Below, in pieces: positions 10,786 through 19,511 of a stretch of 39,521 bases of DNA. The translations under genes and the position numbers were made by a program. Every line of letters starts with the position of its first letter. The stretch's first letter is position 1. Under the pieces are notes generated by a model. That model was not told where the DNA came from. It ran no database searches and was given only the letters and a program-made list of their open reading frames with translations. Source of the stretch: an uncultured bacterium (GTDB lineage Bacteria; Gemmatimonadota; Gemmatimonadetes; Gemmatimonadales; Gemmatimonadaceae); the NCBI GenBank assembly GCA_963978095.1, contig CAXBQP010000030.1, positions 1-39,521 on the forward strand, in the 5' to 3' direction.

Positions 10786-12531
10786 TCAGGCGCTGTACGT
10801 CGTGCGCCCGCCGCAGATGGTCATCACGATCTTGATGTCCTTGATCGTGTTCGGGTCCACGGTGTGCGGGTCCTTCGCGAGCAGCACGCAGTCGGCGAGC
10901 TTCCCGGCGGTGATCGAACCCTTGATCCCCTCTTCCTTCGATGCGTACGCGCCGTGGAGGGTGTTGATGCGGATCGCCTCCTCCACCGTCACGCGCTGAT
11001 TGAGCCCCCAGGTGGTGTTGTCCCATCCTTTTCGCGTGACCATCCCCTGGATCCCCATCAGCGGGGCGAAGGGGCCGGGGCTGAAGTCCGAACCCGCCGC
11101 CGCGTGAATGCCCTTGTCGAGCATGCTGCGGAAGGCCATGGAGCGCTTCATCAAGTCCTCTCCATAGAAGGGGAACTTGTCGGTGTTGTAGTAGGCGTAG
11201 GTCGTGAAGCAGGCTGGGATCGCGTCGAGCGCCTTGATGCGCCGCAGCAGATCGTCGGTGATGAGCGTGCAATGCGTGATCTTCGGCCGCAGGTCGGCTT
11301 TGGCCACTTTCGCCTGCGCGCGCTCGACGGCGGTCATGTAAGTCTCGATCGCGACATCGCCGTTGGCATGGATGTTGGGTTGGATCCCGGCGCGGATCAC
11401 GCGCTCGACCCACGCGTCGAGCACGTCCTGTGTTTCGGTGACATTCCCCCTGTAGCCATCGGTGCGCCCCGGATACACGATGCTCAGCGCCATCGTACGC
11501 TCGGAGAAGGAGCCGTCCACGGTGTGCTCGCTCGTCGCGCCGAACTTGATCCACTCGTCGCCGAAGCCGGTCTGGATGCCGTTCGTGATCATCGCCTCAA
11601 GCACGCGCCCGCTCGCTTCGTAGCTCACGCGATGGCGTAGTTCGCCGGCCGCGCGCACGTCCTGGATGGCCTCGAGTGCGCCTCCCTCGTGATGCACGCT
11701 CGTCAGCCCGTACCGAGCGAACTCCTTGGAGATGTGCGCGATCCCGGCGCGCTCGCGCTTGGCCTGCTCCTCGGCTGACGGGCGCTCGCGAGTGCCCACG
11801 TTCTGGAACACCGCCGTCGCACGATCCGTGACGCGTCCACTGAGGTCGCCGCTCGCATCCTTGTCGAAGGTCCCGCCGGGCGGGTTCGGCGTCTCGCGCG
11901 TGACCTTCGCCATCTCGAGCGCTGTCGTGTTGTAGAACGACGTGTGTCCGCCGCGATGGCGCACCACCACGGGATGCTGCGTCGAGACCTGATCGAGGTC
12001 CTGTCGCGTGAGCTGGCGCTTGTCGCTCAGCTTCGTGTCGTCGTGGAAGTACCCTTCCACCCAACTCCCCGCCGGCAGCGTTTGCGCCTTGGCCTTCAAC
12101 TTCGCGACGATGCTCGCGATGCTGACGAACTCCACCTCGAACGGATTGCCGACGAGCACCTCATATAGAAGGGTCGTGCCGCCAGCATGATTGTGCGTGT
12201 CGATGAAGCCCGGCACCAGCGCCCCGCCCGCGGCGTCGATCACCTTCGTGCGCCGCGTGGCGAGGTTGCGGATCTCGGCGTTCGTCCCCACCGCCAGGAA
12301 CCGACCATCCTTGATCGCGACGGCCTCGGCTTTCGGCCGTGCCGCCTCCATCGTCGTCACCTTCGCGTTCACGATGATGGTGTCGGCCTCGATCCCCGGG
12401 CCGCGCTGTTGCATCGGCGGGAGCGGAGTCGTGGATGGGCGTGGCTCGAGCGCCGAGAGTTCACGGGCGCCGAGTGCGCCGGCGAGGGCGGCGCTGAGGC
12501 CGAGGAAGTCCTTCCGGGTCACCTTCGACAT
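10786..12531 (-). CDS. YtcJ-like metal-dependent amidohydrolase (Amidohydro_3) with Tat-like signal peptide
   Basis: PGFIDTHNH, HANGD, HCT, GSDF and KGSITAGKLAD motifs; N-terminus MSKVTRKDFLGLSAALAGALG; GAGG RBS upstream. Confidence 0.85.
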   Translation of the reverse strand: MSKVTRKDFLGLSAALAGALGARELSALEPRPSTTPLPPMQQRGPGIEADTIIVNAKVTTMEAARPKAEAVAIKDGRFLAVGTNAEIRNLATRRTKVIDAAGGALVPGFIDTHNHAGGTTLLYEVLVGNPFEVEFVSIASIVAKLKAKAQTLPAGSWVEGYFHDDTKLSDKRQLTRQDLDQVSTQHPVVVRHRGGHTSFYNTTALEMAKVTRETPNPPGGTFDKDASGDLSGRVTDRATAVFQNVGTRERPSAEEQAKRERAGIAHISKEFARYGLTSVHHEGGALEAIQDVRAAGELRHRVSYEASGRVLEAMITNGIQTGFGDEWIKFGATSEHTVDGSFSERTMALSIVYPGRTDGYRGNVTETQDVLDAWVERVIRAGIQPNIHANGDVAIETYMTAVERAQAKVAKADLRPKITHCTLITDDLLRRIKALDAIPACFTTYAYYNTDKFPFYGEDLMKRSMAFRSMLDKGIHAAAGSDFSPGPFAPLMGIQGMVTRKGWDNTTWGLNQRVTVEEAIRINTLHGAYASKEEGIKGSITAGKLADCVLLAKDPHTVDPNTIKDIKIVMTICGGRTTYSA

Positions 12532-12559
12532 CGGGGCCTCTGGTGGGGGTGGTGCCCTT

Positions 12560-12589
12560 AGACTGCGGCCCCGAGCGCGAATGTGTCAA
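12560..12589 (-). promoter_or_regulatory. Candidate sigma70 promoter for the amidohydrolase/peptidase pair
   Basis: On the minus strand, TTGACA (12589-12584), 18 nt, then CAGTCT (12565-12560), ~30 nt before the ATG; the -10 is imperfect. Confidence 0.4.
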
Positions 12590-12652
12590 GCACGGGACGA
12601 CACCAGCTGGTCAAGGGCCCGCGCTCAGGCGTCGAGACAACGCGCCACCCCC

Positions 12653-13000
12653 TCAGGGGGTGTGCACCGCGCCCGGTGGCACCTCGAGTACCCGGACTTC
12701 GCGATCACAGGCCCGTGCGATATCCGCGAACCGCGCCGAGAAGGCTCCGTTCACGAGCGCGAGCACGGGACCGGCAGGGGCGCAGCGGATCGCGGCCTCC
12801 ATGAGGCCCGACGCTGAACTCGTGCTCACGTAGGCGGGGCGCCGCATCCCGAACACCGTGCGCAGCCCTTCCTGGATGCGTCCGTACATCGCCGTGAACG
12901 CCGCGCTCCGATGCGAGATCATCGGGCGCGTCATCGCCACGAGGACCTCGGGGCGGACCTCGGTGGGTCCGGGGACGAAATAGGTGCCGAAGGAGCGCAT
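12653..13000 (-). pseudogene. Truncated class-V PLP aminotransferase (serine-pyruvate/alanine-glyoxylate type), N-terminal ~115 aa only
   Basis: FVPGPTEV, MISHRSAAF, STSSASGLMEAAI and VNGAFSARF are typical N-terminal motifs. It stops at TGA 12653 before the HNETSTG and PLP-lysine regions, and there is no room for the remainder before the next gene. Confidence 0.8.
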
Positions 13001-13114
13001 GGCGACCGGTAGGAGGCCGATCCCGCGCGGCGGTGTGGGAGCTACATCCCGAACTGGGTCATCTGTATGCGCACGGACGGGCGACGACACGCACCATGAG
13101 GCACGCTCGGAGCG

Positions 13115-14338
13115 TCAGCCTGCACTCTGCTGGTACGCCCCCTCGCTCTTCGCAATCACCAACGTCGCCACCCCGTTCCCGATCAAGTTGGTGATCGCCC
13201 GCGCCTCGCTCATGAAGCGATCGACCCCAAGGAGAATCGCCACTCCCTCGATCGGCACCGTCTTCGTCGCCGCCAGCGTTGACGCGAGCACGATGAATCC
13301 GGAGCCGGTGACACCGGCAGCTCCCTTGGACGTGACCATCAGCACGCCGAGAATCCCCAACTGCTGTCCGATGCTCAGATCCACCCCATACACCTGGGCC
13401 AGGAAGATCGTCGCCATCGTCAGATAGATGCTCGTGCCGTCGAGATTGAACGAATACCCCGTCGGGATCACCAACCCGACCACGCTCCGCGCGCATCCAT
13501 ACTGCTCGAGCTTCGCCATCATCCCCGGCAGCGCCGCCTCGGATGAACTAGTGCCCAGCACCACCAGTAGCTCTTCGCGGATGTGCCCGAGGAATTTCCA
13601 TAAACTGAACCCGTACAGCTTCATGATCAGGTTCAGCACCACGAAGATGAAGAGGAACATCGTCAGATACACGTCGCCCATCAGCCGCAACAACGGCAAG
13701 AGCGTCTTGAGACCGAAGGTGCCGATCGTATAGGCCATCGCGCCGAAGGCGCCGAGCGGGGCCAGCTTCATGATCATCGCCACCATCCGGAACATCACGT
13801 CGAGGGTCTTCTCGAGGACGTCCGTGAGCGGCTTCACATTGCCGCCGACCGTCACCGCCGCAAAGCCGAAGAGCACCGCGAAGAACACGATCTGCAGCAC
13901 ATCGCCCTGCGCGAACGCGTCCACCGGGCTCGATGGCACGACGTGCGTCACGAAATCCTTGAAGGTCAGCGCCTCACTCTGCTTGGCGTAGGTGCTGATG
14001 TCCCCCTTCGGAATCCCGCTGATGTCGACCCCGATGCCGGGCTTGGTGATGTTCACCACCGCCAGCCCGATCGCCAGGGCGATCGTGCTTACGACCTCGA
14101 AATAGAGGAACGCCTTGCCGCCCACGCGGCCGATCTTCTTCACATCCGCGATGCTGGCGATCCCCACCACGATCGTCAGGAAGATGATCGGGCCGATCAC
14201 CATCTTCACCAGCTTCACGAAGGTGTCGCCCACGGGCTTCATCGCCTTGCCGAGCTCGGGGTCGAGTACACCCAGAATGATGCCGCAGGTCACGGCGAAC
14301 AGGACCTGAACCGTGAGATTCTTGGCGAGTCGTTTCAT
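13115..14338 (-). CDS. dctA: C4-dicarboxylate:cation symporter (DAACS family)
   Basis: FVKLVKMVIGPIIF, GRVGGKAFLYFE, LGTSSSEAALP, VIPTGYSFNLDGTSIY, TSKGAAGVTGSGF, GVDRFMSEARA; start set at ATG 14338 (MKRLAKNL). Confidence 0.92.
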   Translation of the reverse strand: MKRLAKNLTVQVLFAVTCGIILGVLDPELGKAMKPVGDTFVKLVKMVIGPIIFLTIVVGIASIADVKKIGRVGGKAFLYFEVVSTIALAIGLAVVNITKPGIGVDISGIPKGDISTYAKQSEALTFKDFVTHVVPSSPVDAFAQGDVLQIVFFAVLFGFAAVTVGGNVKPLTDVLEKTLDVMFRMVAMIMKLAPLGAFGAMAYTIGTFGLKTLLPLLRLMGDVYLTMFLFIFVVLNLIMKLYGFSLWKFLGHIREELLVVLGTSSSEAALPGMMAKLEQYGCARSVVGLVIPTGYSFNLDGTSIYLTMATIFLAQVYGVDLSIGQQLGILGVLMVTSKGAAGVTGSGFIVLASTLAATKTVPIEGVAILLGVDRFMSEARAITNLIGNGVATLVIAKSEGAYQQSAG

Positions 14339-14344
14339 GCCCCG

Positions 14345-14401
14345 AAAGTACCGCCCGGACGCGCCCGGCGGGAGGACTCGGCCCGCCCCGGCGATTACAT
14401 T
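14345..14401. promoter_or_regulatory. Back-to-back divergent -10 boxes (leaderless-type) for dctA and TauE
   Basis: Minus strand: TACTTT (14350-14345), 6 nt, ATG 14338. Plus strand: TACATT (14396-14401), 6 nt, GTG 14408. Confidence 0.65.
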
Positions 14402-14407
14402 CCCTTC

Positions 14408-15196
14408 GTGATCTCCCCCGCCCAGCACATCATCATCGCCCTCGTGGCCATGGTCGGGATGGCCGCCAACTCCATCGCCGGAGGGGGGACCCTCCTCACC
14501 TTCCCGGCCCTCGTCGGACTCGGCGTCCCCTCCCTCGTCGCCAACGCCACCTCGACGGTGGCCCTCTGGCCGGGGAGCCTCACCTCGATGTACGGCTACC
14601 GGCAGGAGCTCCGCGGCGCCCGCGTCATCGCGCTGGCCTTCACCCTGCCGAGTATTCTGGGCGGTCTCCTCGGGGGGATCCTGCTGACGCTCACCACGCA
14701 GCGGCAATTCGACCACATCGTCCCCTGGCTCGTGGGGTTCGCGACGCTGGTCTTCACCCTGCAGCGCCCCATCCTCGCCGCGCTCCGCCGCTGGTCACTC
14801 GCGCACCCGGCGCGCGAGAACCCGGCGTCGCACCGCCCACCGCTCGGCTTCATGATCTCGCACTTCTTCGTGTCGATCTACGGCGGCTACTTCGGCGGCG
14901 GCGCGGGGATGATCATCCTCGCCTCACTCGGTTTGATCGGCCTCACGAACATCCACCAGATGAACGGGCTCAAGAACTACTTCGCCATCACCTTCAATCT
15001 GGTGGCGATCGTGGCCTTCATCTGGAAGGGGCTGGTGGATTGGCCGATCGCGGCCACGATGGCGCTCGGCAGCATCGTCGGCGGATGGGCGGGATCGACC
15101 ATCGCGCAGCGCGTGCCGCAGCAGTGGGTGCGGGGATCCGTGACGGTGATCGGGTTCTCGGCGGCGGCCTGGTTGTTCACGCACCGGCCGCACTGA
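14408..15196 (+). CDS. Sulfite exporter TauE/SafE (YfcA-like) family membrane protein
   Basis: NSIAGGGTLLTFPAL, ANATSTVALWPG, YGGYFGGGAG, NGLKN; about 8 TM segments; GTG start at 14408. Confidence 0.85.
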   Translation: MISPAQHIIIALVAMVGMAANSIAGGGTLLTFPALVGLGVPSLVANATSTVALWPGSLTSMYGYRQELRGARVIALAFTLPSILGGLLGGILLTLTTQRQFDHIVPWLVGFATLVFTLQRPILAALRRWSLAHPARENPASHRPPLGFMISHFFVSIYGGYFGGGAGMIILASLGLIGLTNIHQMNGLKNYFAITFNLVAIVAFIWKGLVDWPIAATMALGSIVGGWAGSTIAQRVPQQWVRGSVTVIGFSAAAWLFTHRPH

Positions 15197-15219
15197 CCCC
15201 GGCGAGCTGGACTCCGAAG

Positions 15220-15259
15220 CGCAAGTAGACTTGCGTTAAGTATTACTAAACGCTATTCT
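15220..15259 (+). promoter_or_regulatory. Sigma70 promoter (leaderless) with a palindromic operator over the -35
   Basis: TTGCGT (15231-15236), 17 nt, TATTCT (15254-15259), 6 nt, ATG 15266; perfect inverted repeat CGCAAGT-AG-ACTTGCG at 15220-15235. Confidence 0.7.
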
Positions 15260-15265
15260 ACTTAC

Positions 15266-16414
15266 ATGCCGGATCGTCAAGCATGGGTCGCCCGGATCGA
15301 GCAGGCCTGGATCCGCCGCTCCATCTGCTGGCTCCAAGGGGTGCGCCGCGCGGGGAAGACCACCATCGCCCGCGCTTTGCCGCACACCCACTACTATGAT
15401 TGCGAACTCCCGAGCGTTCGGCGGGAGCTGGTGGATCCGGAGCGTTTTCTCGAGGAGCATCGGGGACAGCGCATCGTACTCGACGAGATCCATCGGCTGG
15501 ACGATCCCTCCGAACTGCTGAAGATCGCCGCCGACCATCACCCCGACATCCGGGTCTTGGCCACGGGGTCATCGAGCCTGGCCGCGCGCGCGAAGTTCCG
15601 CGACACGTTGGCCGGGCGGAAGGAAGAGGTCTGGCTCACCCCGATGACGCACGCCGATGGTGTCGCCTTCGGCGATCCTTCCATCGAGCGACGCCTCGCG
15701 CACGGTGGGCTTCCTCCGTTCTTCCTCGCGAAGCATCCCCCCGAGCGCGACTACCAAGAGTGGCTCGACGCGTATTGGGCCAAGGATGTGCAGGAGCTCT
15801 TCCGTCTCGAGAAGCGCGGGCCGTTCACGCGACTCTTCGAGATGCTGCTCGTCGAGAGCGGAGCCATCTTCGAGGCCTCACGCTTCGCGCGCGCGACCGA
15901 GGTGAGTCGCCAGACGGTGATGAATTACCTCGCCGTGCTCGAGGCCACCTTCGTGATGCACGTGGTGCGCCCGTTCGCCTCGAACACCTCCGCCGAGATC
16001 GTCGCGGCACCGCGCGTGTACGGGTTCGACACGGGCTTCGTCGCGTACTATCGCGGGTGGTTGCCCCTGCGACGCGACGACCACGGGCCGCTGTGGGAGC
16101 AACTCGTGCTCAACGAGATCCACGCCGCGCGTCAGCGGCGCGATGTGCACTACTGGCGCACCAAGTCAGGGCACGAGGTGGATTTCGTTCTCCCCGGCCA
16201 ACGCGCGTCTCCGGTCGCGATCGAGTGCAAGTGGGCGCAGGATGCGTTCGATCCGACGGGGATGCGGGCCTTCCGGGAGCGCTATCCGATCGGGGAGAAC
16301 ATCCTCGTGGCCGCGGATGTGAAACGCGCGAGTCGGCGGCGCGTGAGGGGACTGGAGGTGCGGGTGGTCGGGCTGGCGCAGCTAAGGGAATGCGTCGAAG
16401 AGCAGAGTCTTTGA
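15266..16414 (+). CDS. AAA_14-type ATPase with C-terminal DUF4143 (PD-(D/E)xK-like) domain
   Basis: Walker A GVRRAGKTT, Walker B IVLDEIH, ATGSS, LAGR, HGGLP, YGFDTG, and C-terminal YWRTKSGHEVDFV...AIECK. Confidence 0.85.
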   Translation: MPDRQAWVARIEQAWIRRSICWLQGVRRAGKTTIARALPHTHYYDCELPSVRRELVDPERFLEEHRGQRIVLDEIHRLDDPSELLKIAADHHPDIRVLATGSSSLAARAKFRDTLAGRKEEVWLTPMTHADGVAFGDPSIERRLAHGGLPPFFLAKHPPERDYQEWLDAYWAKDVQELFRLEKRGPFTRLFEMLLVESGAIFEASRFARATEVSRQTVMNYLAVLEATFVMHVVRPFASNTSAEIVAAPRVYGFDTGFVAYYRGWLPLRRDDHGPLWEQLVLNEIHAARQRRDVHYWRTKSGHEVDFVLPGQRASPVAIECKWAQDAFDPTGMRAFRERYPIGENILVAADVKRASRRRVRGLEVRVVGLAQLRECVEEQSL

Positions 16415-16460
16415 CACTCCTGACACCGCTTGCGCGGCGCGTCCGAGAAACGCTACCGCC

Positions 16461-18062
16461 TCAGTCCGCGATCTTCACCACCGTCGCCGCACTCGCCTTC
16501 CCCACCCGATCCACCGCGCTCACCGCCACCACCTCCGCATGCACGAACGGATTCCGCAGCAACTGCGCGAGCACGATCTCCTTGAGCGATCCATCAAGGA
16601 CGAGCGACTCCCACTGCCCGGCGATCCGCTGCTGCACGAGCCACCAGCGCACCTCCTTCGCGCCCCCCTTCAACAGCGTCGGCACGAGCACCGTGCCCCC
16701 TTCCTTCTGCTTCTTCGCCGTCAGCGTCGGCGCAGGCAGATCCGACCCCCCGAGCCACGGTGACGCCGGCACGAGCGCGGGCAGCGCGTACGCCGTGCGC
16801 TCGAGCGCGGTCGAGATGCTGTCGCGGTTCTTGAGGAAGACCTCGATCGAGAAATGCACGTTCCCGGTCGCTCCTGGCGTCGCGCGCGTCGCGGCGATCT
16901 GCGCGAGCACCTCGCCGCGCTTCCACTCGTTCTTCCCCCCCTCGCCCACCTTGCTCGTGTAGTTCCCGGGCCAGAGGTGGCGCTCCTTCACGTTCTGTCC
17001 CTTCCACCAGCCGAGGAGGTCGTTGTAGCGCTGCCCTTCCTTGTCGATGGCCCAGTAGAGCTGCGGGGTGAAGTAGTCCCCCCATCCCTCCTGCAGCCAC
17101 TTCTTGCTGTCGGCGTAGAGCACGGAGTAGGCGTCGAACCCCTTCACCGTCTCGGGGTTGCCGGGACGCCATATCCCGAACGGCGAGATCCCGAACTTCA
17201 CCCACGACTTCGTCTTCTTGATCCCCGTGTACAGCTCCTCAACGAGTTGATTCACATTCTCGCGACGCCAATCGTCACGCGCGAGTTCACCCCCCTTCTT
17301 CTGGTACTTCTTCCAGCTGGCGTCGTCGGGGAACTCGGTCGAACCGTTCGGCCGCTTCTCCGGATACGGATAGAAGTAGTCGTCGAGATGCACACCATCG
17401 ATGTCGTAGCGCTTCACCACATCGAGCACCACCGCGAGCGTGTGCTTGCGCACCGCGGGCTCGCCGGGATCCATCCACAGATGCGTGACGTACTTCTTCA
17501 CGAGATCCGGATGCGTGCTCGCGAACGCCGACTTCGCGAGCGCCCCCTTCATGTTCGGTTCCTTGGCGCGATACGGATTGAACCACGCGTGCAGTTCCAT
17601 CCCGCGCGCATGCGCCTCGCGCACCGCGAAGGCGAGCGGGTCCCACGCCGGATCCGGCGCGCGCCCCTGCTTCCCGGTGAGATACTCCGACCAGGGCTCC
17701 AACCCATCGGCGTAGAACGCATCCCCTTCGGGGCGCACCTGGAAGATGATGGCGTTCATCCCCACCTGCGCCGCGCGATCGAGGATCGCGAGCAACTCCT
17801 CCTGCTGCTGCGCGGTGGGGAGTCCGGGCTTCGAGGGCCAGTCCGTGTTTCGTGCGGTGGCGACCCACACGCCGCGGAACTCGCGCGACACGGCCGGCGG
17901 CACACAATCCGCATCACTCGGCGGGCACGGCGCGATGAGCGCGGCAGGCTTCGCGGCGGAGGGTCCTGTCGCGGGTGCGGGCTTCACCGGAGTCTGTGCG
18001 CCGAGCGTCGTGGCGAGCGTCAGGGCGATGGCACAACGGTTCAGAGCGTGCGGGAGCTTCAC
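16461..18062 (-). CDS. Glycosyl hydrolase-like family 10 (GHL10; YddW/DigH-like) secreted protein
   Basis: REFRGVWVAT..NTDWPS, FQVRPEGDA, LHAWFNPYR, YDIDGVHLDDYFYPY, FGISPFGIW, DYFTPQLYW; signal peptide; GTG start overlaps the SCO stop (GTGA). Confidence 0.88.
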   Translation of the reverse strand: MKLPHALNRCAIALTLATTLGAQTPVKPAPATGPSAAKPAALIAPCPPSDADCVPPAVSREFRGVWVATARNTDWPSKPGLPTAQQQEELLAILDRAAQVGMNAIIFQVRPEGDAFYADGLEPWSEYLTGKQGRAPDPAWDPLAFAVREAHARGMELHAWFNPYRAKEPNMKGALAKSAFASTHPDLVKKYVTHLWMDPGEPAVRKHTLAVVLDVVKRYDIDGVHLDDYFYPYPEKRPNGSTEFPDDASWKKYQKKGGELARDDWRRENVNQLVEELYTGIKKTKSWVKFGISPFGIWRPGNPETVKGFDAYSVLYADSKKWLQEGWGDYFTPQLYWAIDKEGQRYNDLLGWWKGQNVKERHLWPGNYTSKVGEGGKNEWKRGEVLAQIAATRATPGATGNVHFSIEVFLKNRDSISTALERTAYALPALVPASPWLGGSDLPAPTLTAKKQKEGGTVLVPTLLKGGAKEVRWWLVQQRIAGQWESLVLDGSLKEIVLAQLLRNPFVHAEVVAVSAVDRVGKASAATVVKIAD

Positions 18063-18667
18063 TGGATCCTCATCAGATCGGCCGCGATCTCATCGGGCTT
18101 GGTGTTCGGCGGGTAGATCATCGTCAGTTTGCCATCCGGATACACGACGAACGCCTGCCCGGGATGTATCACGCCATACGCGCCCGTCGGCATACTCGGC
18201 AGGAACTCCTTGAACACGGCGAATCCCCAGTCCTTGCGCACCTTGTCGATCTCGGCGCGCTGCACGGCGAGTCCGAGGATCGCGTCGTCGAACTTCTTGG
18301 CGTAGTCGGCGGCCACCTGCGGCGTGTCGCGGTCCGGATCCACCGTGGCGAAGACGAATCGCACACGATCCGCATCTTTCCCCAGCGTGCGGCGAACCTT
18401 GGCCCAGTCGCTCAGCATCGTGGGGCAGGCGTCGGGACAGTGCGTGTAGCCGAAATAGATCAGCACCACCTTCCCCTTCTCGGCGGCCAAGTCGAACCGT
18501 CTGCCGTCCGCCCCCGTGAGCACGAGCGCGGGGGCCGGCTGCGGGTCGGTGATCATCGTGCCGTGCATCGGTGCGGGCTTGGCGCAGGCGGTGGCGCCCG
18601 AGAGCAGGACCAGCACGGCGCCAGTCAGCGCCAGTCGGCAGGTGCGAAGTCGGTGAAAGGAGCGCAT
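18059..18667 (-). CDS. SCO1/SenC family copper-binding protein, probable lipoprotein
   Basis: FGYTHCPDAC (CxxxC), TVDPDRDT, conserved His in YGVIHPG; signal peptide ending GATAC; TAGATT 7 nt upstream of ATG 18667. Confidence 0.88.
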   Translation of the reverse strand: MRSFHRLRTCRLALTGAVLVLLSGATACAKPAPMHGTMITDPQPAPALVLTGADGRRFDLAAEKGKVVLIYFGYTHCPDACPTMLSDWAKVRRTLGKDADRVRFVFATVDPDRDTPQVAADYAKKFDDAILGLAVQRAEIDKVRKDWGFAVFKEFLPSMPTGAYGVIHPGQAFVVYPDGKLTMIYPPNTKPDEIAADLMRIQ

Positions 18668-18716
18668 CATTCCCAATCTAACAGTTCGGCCTCCCGACTT
18701 CCCGCTCCCAGACCAC

Positions 18717-19481
18717 ATGTCCACCACGCGCTTCTCCCTCGACGGCAAAGTCGCCGTCATCACCGGCGCCACGCGCGGCATCGGTCAGGCCATCGCCCTC
18801 TCGTTCGCCGAGCAGGGAGCGAGCATCGTGGTGGTGAGTCGCAAGCAGGAATCGGTGGACGCCACGGTCGCGCTGATCACCGCCCAAGGTGGACGTGCTG
18901 CAGGCCTCTCGTCGCATGTGGCACGAGCGGGTGAAGCCGCGCGGATCGCCACCTTCGCCAGCGAGCAGTTCGGCGGGGTGGACATCCTCGTGAACAACGC
19001 CGCGGCGAATCCCGCCTACGGACCGGTCGAGCAGAGCACCGGTGACATCTTCGACAAGATCATGGGCGTGAACCTCAAGGCGCCATTCGAGATCGCCTCG
19101 GCCTGCCTGCCCAGCATGATCGCCCGCGGCGGTGGCGCGGTGCTCAACATCTCGAGCATCGGGGGCGTCTCGCCCGAGCCGGGGCTTGGCATCTACTCCG
19201 TGAGCAAGGCCGCGATCATCTCGCTCACGAAAGTGATGGCCAAGGAGTGGGGACACCACAACGTGCGCGCGAACGCCATCTGCCCGGGACTCATCAAGAC
19301 GGCCTTCGCGAGTGCGTTGTGGTCGGACCCGAAGATCCTGGCGCACACGCTGCGCAAGCAGGCAATCGGTCGGCTGGGAGAGCCGGAGGATATTGCGGGG
19401 CTGGCGCTGTTCCTGTGTTCGAATGCCAGCGCCTTCTGCACCGGTGGCGTCTATATGGCGGATGGGGGATATACCGTCTAG
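18717..19481 (+). CDS. Short-chain dehydrogenase/reductase (DHRS4-like)
   Basis: TGATRGIG, NNAAANP, catalytic S...YSVSK, ICPGLIKT. Confidence 0.9.
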   Translation: MSTTRFSLDGKVAVITGATRGIGQAIALSFAEQGASIVVVSRKQESVDATVALITAQGGRAAGLSSHVARAGEAARIATFASEQFGGVDILVNNAAANPAYGPVEQSTGDIFDKIMGVNLKAPFEIASACLPSMIARGGGAVLNISSIGGVSPEPGLGIYSVSKAAIISLTKVMAKEWGHHNVRANAICPGLIKTAFASALWSDPKILAHTLRKQAIGRLGEPEDIAGLALFLCSNASAFCTGGVYMADGGYTV

Positions 19482-19511
19482 TCGGCCGGCGCGTCGGCAT
19501 CATTCGACGTC

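Noticed and set aside
12653..12655. TGA read-through or simple frameshift restoring the aminotransferase
   Set aside because: Only ~120 nt remain before the next gene, so the missing C-terminal two-thirds cannot be encoded
13943..14716. ORF-track long starts giving overlapping divergent dctA and TauE (also extended starts for SCO, amidase, CstB-like and TolC)
   Set aside because: Family-like sequence begins at later starts, supported by -10 spacing, RBS, stop/start overlaps or signal-peptide position
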